43,653 nt of DNA, taken from positions 1-43,653 of the forward strand of contig JAZTXY010000106.1 of NCBI GenBank assembly GCA_045636665.1. The letters are read 5' to 3'. The stretch is from Eubacteriales bacterium (GTDB lineage: Bacteria; Bacillota; Clostridia; Oscillospirales; CAG-382). Below are positions 36,804-43,653 of this stretch, piece by piece; positions within the stretch are counted from its first letter, which is position 1; each line of letters starts with the position of its first letter. A program made the translations under genes and the position numbers. Below the pieces are notes generated by a model. That model saw only the letters and a program-made list of their open reading frames with translations, was not told where the DNA came from and made no database searches.

Positions 36804-38126
36804 TTAAGAGTGAAGCTCGTTAATAACGTTTTCTATCTCACGCTCGAATGCAGGTTCGTTTTGCATCTTACGTTCGATAAAGTTAATAGAGTTGATGACC
36901 GTTGTATGGTCCTTTTTATTAAACAGCTTTGCAATTGATTTCTGCGAAAGCTTTGTTGTTTTTCTGATAAGATATATTGCGTAATGTCTTGCCGCAATGA
37001 TTTCGGCGTTTCTGCGTGCGCTCTTCATTTCGTCAATCTTCACGCCGTAACGCTTTTCGGCAAAGGCAAATATCTTTTCGATAATCGATTCCTCGCTTTT
37101 CGCGTTCGCAAAAAAGTCGGTAAGCTCTTCCTTTGCCATATTGTAATCGCATTTTTCGCCGGTAATAAGCGAATGCGCCTTAAGCTTTTTAAGAGCTCCT
37201 TCAATCTGACGAACGTTTGTCGTAATATTATCGGCAAGGAAATAAAGTATCTTCATATCCAAATCGAGATTGAAATCCAATGCCTTGCGCTTGAATATCG
37301 CCATACGAAGCTCAAAATCGGGCGGTTGAATATCGGCAACCAAGCCCATAACGAAACGGCTCTTCAATCTGTCCTCAAGATTGTCGATATCCTTGGGCGC
37401 ACAGTCGGATGCAAGAATGATTTGCTTGTTCATTTTGAAAAGGGTATCGAACGTATGGAAAAATTCTTCCTGAACAGCCATCTTTCCGGCAATAAACTGA
37501 ATATCGTCGACAAGTAAAACGTCAACCGTTCTGTATTTATCACGGAATGCTATCGTCGTCTTTTTGGCGAGCGATTCGATAAGGTCAATGGTAAATTCTT
37601 CGCCGGTAACGTAAAGTATTTTCGAATCGGGGTGGTTTGCTCTTATATCGTTTACTATCGCAAACAAAAGGTGGGTTTTGCCCAAGCCCGAGGGACCGTA
37701 AAGGAACAACGGGTTATTAAGCTGAGCAGGATGCTTTGCAACCGCAAGCGATGCCGAATGGGCAAGCTTGTTTGTTTCGCCGACAACGAAATTTTCAAAG
37801 GTGTAAGCAGGGTTAAAGCGCGTATCGTATGCCGAATCGATCTTTTCGCCGAATTCCTGAATAAGCTCGGCTTCTTCCTCATCGGAAATAATTTTCAAAT
37901 CGGTTTCAAATCCGATAATATTTGAAAATACCTGCTTAAGAATCGAATAATATTGTTCGGAAACAAAGCTTTTTCTTCCCGCAGGTAAAGAAATCGTAAC
38001 GCAAGTGCCGTCAACCGCAACAACGCGCATCGGTTCAAACCAAAGGCTCATGGTCGGTTGCGAAAAGGATTTGCGAAGCTCGTCAAGCGCAAAAAGCTTT
38101 ATTTGTTTTAATTCGTTATCGGTCAT
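36804..38126 (-). CDS. dnaA: Chromosomal replication initiator DnaA
   Basis: YTFENFVVG, GPSGLGKTHL, LLVDDIQF, QEEFFHTF, RLKSRF, DHTTV. Confidence 0.98.
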   Translation of the reverse strand: MTDNELKQIKLFALDELRKSFSQPTMSLWFEPMRVVAVDGTCVTISLPAGRKSFVSEQYYSILKQVFSNIIGFETDLKIISDEEEAELIQEFGEKIDSAYDTRFNPAYTFENFVVGETNKLAHSASLAVAKHPAQLNNPLFLYGPSGLGKTHLLFAIVNDIRANHPDSKILYVTGEEFTIDLIESLAKKTTIAFRDKYRTVDVLLVDDIQFIAGKMAVQEEFFHTFDTLFKMNKQIILASDCAPKDIDNLEDRLKSRFVMGLVADIQPPDFELRMAIFKRKALDFNLDLDMKILYFLADNITTNVRQIEGALKKLKAHSLITGEKCDYNMAKEELTDFFANAKSEESIIEKIFAFAEKRYGVKIDEMKSARRNAEIIAARHYAIYLIRKTTKLSQKSIAKLFNKKDHTTVINSINFIERKMQNEPAFEREIENVINELHS

Positions 38127-38161
38127 TTTTTCACTTCCCTGCTTTTAAAATGAGGTTATAT

Positions 38162-38227
38162 TTCAGCACATAGTTTTCCACATATGGTTATTCAATCAAT
38201 TATACCACGCTTTTTCAAAAAAGTAAA
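38162..38227 (-). promoter_or_regulatory. dnaA promoter with an adjacent DnaA box (probable autoregulation)
   Basis: TTTACT-17-TATAAT with extended TG (38199-38227); TTTTCCACA at 38174-38182. Confidence 0.65.
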
Positions 38228-38298
38228 CCCCTTTATATATATTTGTTACGTAACATATATATAATATATATATTCATATTATATAGTTTTTATTGAAC

Positions 38299-38327
38299 TT
38301 GACATAAAGACGTTTTTAGCATATAAT
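38299..38327 (+). promoter_or_regulatory. Consensus sigma-A promoter
   Basis: TTGACA-17-TATAAT. Confidence 0.8.
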
Positions 38328-38361
38328 CAAGTCGTAAATTAACAGGATTGGGGATTTTTTG

Positions 38362-39903
38362 ATGAACCTGAATAAGATATATTCGTTTATTTCCGCAAAA
38401 CGGTTTTTGCTTCTTGCGGTAAGCTGTGTTTTTTGTTGCTTTTTAAACGTCTTTACGTTTTGGCAGGAATGGGCGGAAAACCCCTCGCAGCTTTTGTTTT
38501 TCTTTGCGGTAATAATCGTCGGCGCAGTTGTTTTGTATTATAATTTTAATAATATAAAATACGACGAAAGGGTTATTATTTTCCTTATTTTCGCGGTTGC
38601 CTTCGTTTTCAGATTGGTTTATATTCAATCGACCGATTATCTTGTGCGTCAACACGACGTAGGCGGTAAAAACGGCCATTTTGAATATATTTTGCGCTTT
38701 TATAATCACAAGGACCTACCCGAAACCGTTCAGTGGCAATATTATCAACCTCCGGTTTGGCATTATATCTGCGCTTTGTTTTTGCATATTCAAACTACGT
38801 TGGGAATAGCAATTGAAGCGGCACGTGAAAATTTGCAAATTTTATCGCTTTTCTGCTCAAGCGCAATAATGCTCGTTTCTCACAGCATTTTCAGAAAGTT
38901 CAAGCTTAAGGGCTTTCCGATGATAATCGCCTGCGCGATAGTTGCATTCCACCCGACCTTTATCATCCTTTCGGGCAGTATCAATAACGACGTTTTATCG
39001 CTTTTACTCGCCTTGGTTTCGGTAAATCTTGCGATAAAATGGTATCGCGAGCCGAAATTGAAAACCATTCTTTTACTTGCGCTTTCAATCGGCTTTTCGA
39101 TGGGCGTAAAGCTTTCGGGCGGCTTGATATCGCTTGGCGTTGCAATACTTTTTGCCATCCGTCTGTTTGGTAAGCTTTATAAAAACAAGCTCGGCCTTAT
39201 CGGTCAGTTTGCCTCCTTCGGCGTGCTTTGTGTGCCGATTGCGCTTTGGTGGCAGGTTCGTAATCTTTTGCTTTACGACGTACCGCTTACCTATGTACCC
39301 AAGCTTTCCGAAACCAACAGCCAATATATCGGCTTCCGCAGTATAACCGAGCGTCTTTTCGATTTTTCTTCGATTTGGGACGTTGGTGTTTACCCCGCAC
39401 GCGCGATTGAAAGCAAGGCGCATCTTTACGATTATTACGAATTTAACATTCCCGCAGCGGCGCTTAAAACAAGCGTTTTCGGTGAATATTATCTCGGTCA
39501 GAGCAGTGCCGTCGGTCAAGCCTTTGCGAATATACTCTTTTATTCGGCGGCGATCCTTGCAATTTTAACCGTCGTTTCCGCGGTTTATCTTGTCGTAAAA
39601 TCCTTCAAAAACAGCGTTGAAAGCTACGGATACAGCAAAAGTGAACTCATTTTTACCCTCGTTTGTGCGTTAACTTTAATTTTTTCTTATGTAAAATTTT
39701 GCTTTGATTACGCGCATTTTTGCACGATGGACTTCCGATATATCGCAATGACCGTTGTTTTCGGTGCGCTATATATTGGGCTTTTATTAAAACACAGACA
39801 AAAAAACAACAAAATATTTGATTGCGTATTGCGTATAAGCATACTCGTTTTGACCGTTTTAATGGCAATTTCGAGCGTTGTTATATACGGAAGCGCCGCA
39901 TAA
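38362..39903 (+). CDS. Polytopic membrane protein, GT-C fold glycosyltransferase (family 39/PMT-like)
   Basis: >10 TM segments; RQHD, YYQPP, SINNDVL, G..VK.SG, DFRY motifs. Confidence 0.7.
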   Translation: MNLNKIYSFISAKRFLLLAVSCVFCCFLNVFTFWQEWAENPSQLLFFFAVIIVGAVVLYYNFNNIKYDERVIIFLIFAVAFVFRLVYIQSTDYLVRQHDVGGKNGHFEYILRFYNHKDLPETVQWQYYQPPVWHYICALFLHIQTTLGIAIEAARENLQILSLFCSSAIMLVSHSIFRKFKLKGFPMIIACAIVAFHPTFIILSGSINNDVLSLLLALVSVNLAIKWYREPKLKTILLLALSIGFSMGVKLSGGLISLGVAILFAIRLFGKLYKNKLGLIGQFASFGVLCVPIALWWQVRNLLLYDVPLTYVPKLSETNSQYIGFRSITERLFDFSSIWDVGVYPARAIESKAHLYDYYEFNIPAAALKTSVFGEYYLGQSSAVGQAFANILFYSAAILAILTVVSAVYLVVKSFKNSVESYGYSKSELIFTLVCALTLIFSYVKFCFDYAHFCTMDFRYIAMTVVFGALYIGLLLKHRQKNNKIFDCVLRISILVLTVLMAISSVVIYGSAA

Positions 39904-39920
39904 AAAAATCCCAAAAACAC

Positions 39921-39950
39921 TTGACAAATAAGGATTTTTTGGTATATAAT
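39921..39950 (+). promoter_or_regulatory. sigma-A promoter of the rpmH operon
   Basis: TTGACA-18-TATAAT. Confidence 0.7.
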
Positions 39951-40025
39951 ATGTTGCTATGCTCTGCGGAACCACGGCTAAAGAGCATCGATTAACGTTT
40001 TAAAAATTATTGGAGGTGCAACACC

Positions 40026-40160
40026 ATGCTTAGAACATATCAGCCTAAGAAGAGACACAGAAAGGCAGAACACGGCTTCAGAAAGAGAATGGCTACCGCT
40101 AACGGCAGAAAGGTTCTTAAGAGAAGACGCGCTAAGGGCAGAGCAAGACTCACTTATTAA
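40026..40160 (+). CDS. rpmH: 50S ribosomal protein L34
   Basis: Manual translation [54 protein letters not shown]; absent from the ORF track. Confidence 0.98.
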   Translation: MLRTYQPKKRHRKAEHGFRKRMATANGRKVLKRRRAKGRARLTY

Positions 40161-40200
40161 TCTTAATCCCGAACATTTATCCTGAAACGAGGTTTTCTAT

Positions 40201-40548
40201 ATGGAAAAAACACGCAGGATACAAACTTTAAAGGAAAATCACCTGTTCGCGCGTTCATACCGAAAGGGCAGGTGTTTTTCCGGCAAGTATGTTGCGATCT
40301 ACGTGCTTAAAAACGGACGTGATAAGGACCTCGTTAAAGTTGGGATCACCGTATCGAAAAACCGCGGTAACGCAGTTAAGAGAAATCGGACCAAGCGTAT
40401 CATACGCGAGGCATACCGTGTTTTTCATCCGTTTATAAAAGAAGGTCATATTATCGTCATTGTCGCGCGCCAACCTTGTGTCGACGCTCATCTTTCCGTG
40501 GTAGTAAGCGAGCTCGAGGTTTTATTGTCAAAAGCGGCACTTTTATAA
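40201..40548 (+). CDS. rnpA: Ribonuclease P protein component
   Basis: VGITVSKNRGNAVKRNRTKRIIRE; follows rpmH. Confidence 0.96.
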   Translation: MEKTRRIQTLKENHLFARSYRKGRCFSGKYVAIYVLKNGRDKDLVKVGITVSKNRGNAVKRNRTKRIIREAYRVFHPFIKEGHIIVIVARQPCVDAHLSVVVSELEVLLSKAALL

Positions 40549-40653
40549 TTTTTATCGGATAAGCAAAATACCGCAAAATTTTTCTTGTTTTTGATTTATT
40601 GTTCAACAACCCTTTTTTGGGTATGCTTTATTTCAAATTATGCGGAACTTTAT

Positions 40654-40881
40654 ATGAAAAAACTTTTTATTCGCCTGATACGGTTTTATCAAAAACACAT
40701 TTCTCCGTCGAAGCCCCGTTGTTGCCGTTTCGAGCCGACTTGTTCGGCATACGCTATTGAAGCTATCGAAAAACGCGGCATTATCGTAGGGCTTTTGCTT
40801 GCTTTTTACAGGATATTAAGGTGTAATCCATTTAATAAAAACTGCGGATATGATCCCGTCCCCGAAAAGCGTAAAAAGTAG
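40654..40881 (+). CDS. yidD: Membrane protein insertion efficiency factor
   Basis: [31 protein letters not shown]; start moved to ATG 40654. Confidence 0.95.
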   Translation: MKKLFIRLIRFYQKHISPSKPRCCRFEPTCSAYAIEAIEKRGIIVGLLLAFYRILRCNPFNKNCGYDPVPEKRKK

Positions 40882-40950
40882 GTTATTTATTCAGAAAGGA
40901 ATTTTCGCTTTTGGCGCTTTATTTTTTTGCGCCTGTGCGAAGGGTAAAAA

Positions 40951-42309
40951 ATGGACTTTATTTACGACATTTTCTCGTATATTATGAAGGGTTGCCTTTT
41001 CATTTCGGCAAACTACTACGTAATTGCACTTTTCTTCTTTGCTCTCGCAATGATGCTTTTGCTTCTTCCCCTTGCGATTAAGCAGCATAACAGCCAAATC
41101 AAAATGGCTCAGGTCAAGCCCAAGGAAATCGCTATCCGCGAAAAATACAAGGGCAGAAACGACCGTACCACCCAACAGAAGATGACGATGGAAATTCAGG
41201 AAATGTACCGTGAAAACGGTTACAGCCAATTTTCCGGCTGTCTTCCCCTTCTCATCCAGCTTCCTATCATCTTCATCCTCTTTGCTATCGTTCGTAATCC
41301 TATTTCCTATGCAAGTAACATCAAGGATTTCAACACCGTAGACGAATCGAAGATTGCTGTTGAATACTATCAAGAGCAAATCGACGCTCTTAATAAAGAC
41401 AAATTTGAAAACGAGCAGGAATATAACGAATACGTTAATACTCTTCGCGGTTATCAAAGCTCCTTGGGTATTGCCAAGGTTGACGATAATACTCCCGAAG
41501 GAGCATTTAAGTTCAAATACGGTGAAGATGAAGCTTATGCCGTAGGCAGTGAAACCGGCAACAATGAAATGGTGCTTTCGCATCTTATCATCAGCGGCAA
41601 CGACGAGCTTCAAGCTCTTATCGATGAAGGCAAGATTAATGCTTCCTTCCTTGAAAAGACTTCCGTAACCAACAACAAAGCAACCTTTGCTCAAATCCGT
41701 GAACGTTATGCATCCTTCAAGGATGATCTTCCCGTATATAACGTTTTCGGTCTTAACTTCCTTAACGAGCCCGATCTTAACAAAAATCTTTGGTTGATGA
41801 TCATTCCCTTGCTCGTATTCCTCTCTTCCTTCTTCCAAACCAAAATCACCAGACGCTTCAGCGGTGCGGCTACCCAAACCGATGCAAACGGCAATCCCGT
41901 TGGCGGCGGCTTGTTTATGGAAGTAGGTATGCCCCTTATCTCGGCGATGTTTGCCTACAGTATGCCCGCAACCATCGGTGTTTACTGGATTTGGAGAACT
42001 CTGCTCGGTATGGTTCAAACCATTCTCCTTGCAAAGATCAAGCCCATTCCCGCAGTTACCGAGGAAGCGATTGCCGAAGCTAAAAAGGCAATGAAGGCTA
42101 CCCAAAAGAAGAAGAAGGTAATCACTATTGAGGTTGACGAGGACGATACCACTTATGACGATATGATCGTTGAAAAATCCGCAAACGGCGGCAAATCCAA
42201 CGATCCTACTCAAAGAAAGCCCCGTCGTATTGAAATGCTTACCGCCGACGATGAAGAAGAAACCGCTTCTTCCGACGAATCGACCGACGAAAAAAGTGAA
42301 AACGAATAA
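40951..42309 (+). CDS. yidC: Membrane protein insertase YidC/Oxa1
   Basis: LLPLAIKQ, IREKYKG, GCLPLLIQLPI, PATIGVYW; position after yidD. Confidence 0.93.
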   Translation: MDFIYDIFSYIMKGCLFISANYYVIALFFFALAMMLLLLPLAIKQHNSQIKMAQVKPKEIAIREKYKGRNDRTTQQKMTMEIQEMYRENGYSQFSGCLPLLIQLPIIFILFAIVRNPISYASNIKDFNTVDESKIAVEYYQEQIDALNKDKFENEQEYNEYVNTLRGYQSSLGIAKVDDNTPEGAFKFKYGEDEAYAVGSETGNNEMVLSHLIISGNDELQALIDEGKINASFLEKTSVTNNKATFAQIRERYASFKDDLPVYNVFGLNFLNEPDLNKNLWLMIIPLLVFLSSFFQTKITRRFSGAATQTDANGNPVGGGLFMEVGMPLISAMFAYSMPATIGVYWIWRTLLGMVQTILLAKIKPIPAVTEEAIAEAKKAMKATQKKKKVITIEVDEDDTTYDDMIVEKSANGGKSNDPTQRKPRRIEMLTADDEEETASSDESTDEKSENE

Positions 42310-42325
42310 TTGAGGTAAAAAATAT

Positions 42326-42952
42326 ATGCTTAAACAAACCGTTGCAACGGCAAAAACTGTTGAGCTTGCTGTTAACAACGCATGTGCGGAATTGGGCGTA
42401 ACACCCGACGCGGTCGATTACGTTGTGCTTGAAGAGCCCAAAAAGGGTATCCTCGGTATCGGCGCATGTGACGCTAAGGTAAGCGTTACACTTAAAGAAA
42501 CACCTGCTATCCGTGCTTACGATTTTATTGAAACTCTTATTAAGAATATGAATCTCGACGCAACCGTTGAAATCATCGAACAGGATGAAGAAGGCGTTTA
42601 CCTTGCTATCAACGGTGACCATCTCGGACTCCTTATCGGCAGAAGAGGCGACGTTCTTGATTCTCTCCAATATCTTGCTACCCTCGCCGCAAACATCGAA
42701 AAGAAGGGCTTCTACCGCGTTACGGTTGACGTTCAGGGCTACCGTGAAAAGCGTGCCGAAACACTTCGCGGTGTTGCAAAGAGAATGAGCGAAAAGGTTC
42801 TTAAATATAAAAAGAGCTTCGCACTTGAACCGATGAATGCGTATGAACGCAGAATCATCCACTCTGCCTGCCAGAATATCGAAGGCGTAACCACACGCTC
42901 TATCGGCGAAGGCGCAGACAGAAAAATCGTTATTTCCCCCGAAAAGAAATAA
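42326..42952 (+). CDS. jag: Jag/KhpB (EloR) RNA-binding protein
   Basis: Jag_N domain, KH (GLLIGRRG), R3H (ERRIIH). Confidence 0.95.
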   Translation: MLKQTVATAKTVELAVNNACAELGVTPDAVDYVVLEEPKKGILGIGACDAKVSVTLKETPAIRAYDFIETLIKNMNLDATVEIIEQDEEGVYLAINGDHLGLLIGRRGDVLDSLQYLATLAANIEKKGFYRVTVDVQGYREKRAETLRGVAKRMSEKVLKYKKSFALEPMNAYERRIIHSACQNIEGVTTRSIGEGADRKIVISPEKK

Positions 42953-42961
42953 GTAAAGCAA

Positions 42962-42993
42962 AAAACCCGTCAGACGATAAATCTGACGGGTTT
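42962..42993. terminator. Bidirectional intrinsic terminator
   Basis: AAAACCCGTCAGA/TCTGACGGGTTTT between convergent genes. Confidence 0.85.
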
Positions 42994-43011
42994 TCTTTTT
43001 GTGTTTACAGA

Positions 43012-43653
43012 TTAATTAAAATCGTATCCTTCGGTGCAAGCAAGCTTTGCAATTTCCTTGAGCGCCTTAACGGTGTTTTCATCAAGATTTGCGGTATAGG
43101 TAACTTTATCGAGATCGATACCGAAGAATTCAATAGCCATAACGCTTGCGCTGAGATATCCGCCTGCGTGAGAGTGGTGAGAATTGTCGGTATGGTGAAG
43201 CTGGATAGAGGGATACTTTTTGTAGCAAAGAAGGAACGCATCCGAAACGTGAGCATTCTTTTCAATGTTGAAGTCCTTTGCTGCCTGAGAATATGCCTCG
43301 TGATGCTTTTTGCCGCTTATGGGACGCTGGGTGGTGCTGGTGCTGGAGGAATAACGTTCGTAAAGCATTAATTCAGCTTGAGGCTGCTTTTGCTTGATAA
43401 TCGGAACGAGAGCATCCATACCTGCCTTAAGGTCGGAGTAATCGGCGTTGCTGTTTTCTTGAATTACAATAATGTCGTACTTCTTTTCATCAAGCTTGGT
43501 TTTCAAAAGCTTACCGTGTGTGGAGGACGAATCGGCAAAATATTCAAGCCACGCGCTGCCGATGGTGCAATAGGTAGCGTCGATGTTAATTCCTACAGAG
43601 TCTGCAATAAGAGAAAGCTTATCGGGAATGCTGAAGTAATAGGTCGAGCTGTT
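43012..43653 (-). CDS. SGNH/GDSL-type hydrolase (DUF4886-like); 5' end lies outside the window
   Basis: Frame is open to the window end: NSSTYY...YDIIVIQE...DNSHHSHAGGYL. Confidence 0.7.
   Translation of the reverse strand, partial: NSSTYYFSIPDKLSLIADSVGINIDATYCTIGSAWLEYFADSSSTHGKLLKTKLDEKKYDIIVIQENSNADYSDLKAGMDALVPIIKQKQPQAELMLYERYSSSTSTTQRPISGKKHHEAYSQAAKDFNIEKNAHVSDAFLLCYKKYPSIQLHHTDNSHHSHAGGYLSASVMAIEFFGIDLDKVTYTANLDENTVKALKEIAKLACTEGYDFN

Noticed and set aside
40549..40653. yidD leader as a fifth split-SD case
   Set aside because: Possible pairings (CCGCA/TGCGG) exist, but there is no convincing SD before the stem
40891..42961. 495-aa and 240-aa minus-strand ORFs
   Set aside because: Antisense shadows of yidC and jag

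Overview
Chromosomal origin-of-replication region of a Clostridia-like (Bacillota) bacterium. There is no prophage, CRISPR array, IS transposase, tRNA or rRNA. The right third is the oriC cluster: jag-yidC-yidD-rnpA-rpmH divergent from dnaA-oriC-dnaN-recF-remB-gyrB-gyrA. It is altered by a GT-C membrane gene between rpmH and dnaA, no yaaA, an Sfp-type PPTase after gyrA and no mnmE after jag. The middle holds nagA-ROK, metF-metH, a divergent pair of DUF4855 paralogues, ybaK, a CDF transporter, hom and cell-wall hydrolases. The left holds an ABC-DUF1854-ABC module, an anchored metallophosphoesterase and glyQS. The most unusual signals are non-coding. (i) dnaN, gyrB, gyrA and yidC each have an AAGGA-type Shine-Dalgarno separated from the start codon by a ~30-110 nt stem-loop. 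(ii) A ~190-240 nt structured repeat with clear compensatory base changes sits right after three stop codons and is built from nested REP-like hairpin modules. (iii) A duplicated glyQS promoter/RBS/first ~14 codons now forms the start of the signal peptide of the neighbouring phosphoesterase. All calls come from reading the sequence by eye; no database searches were run.
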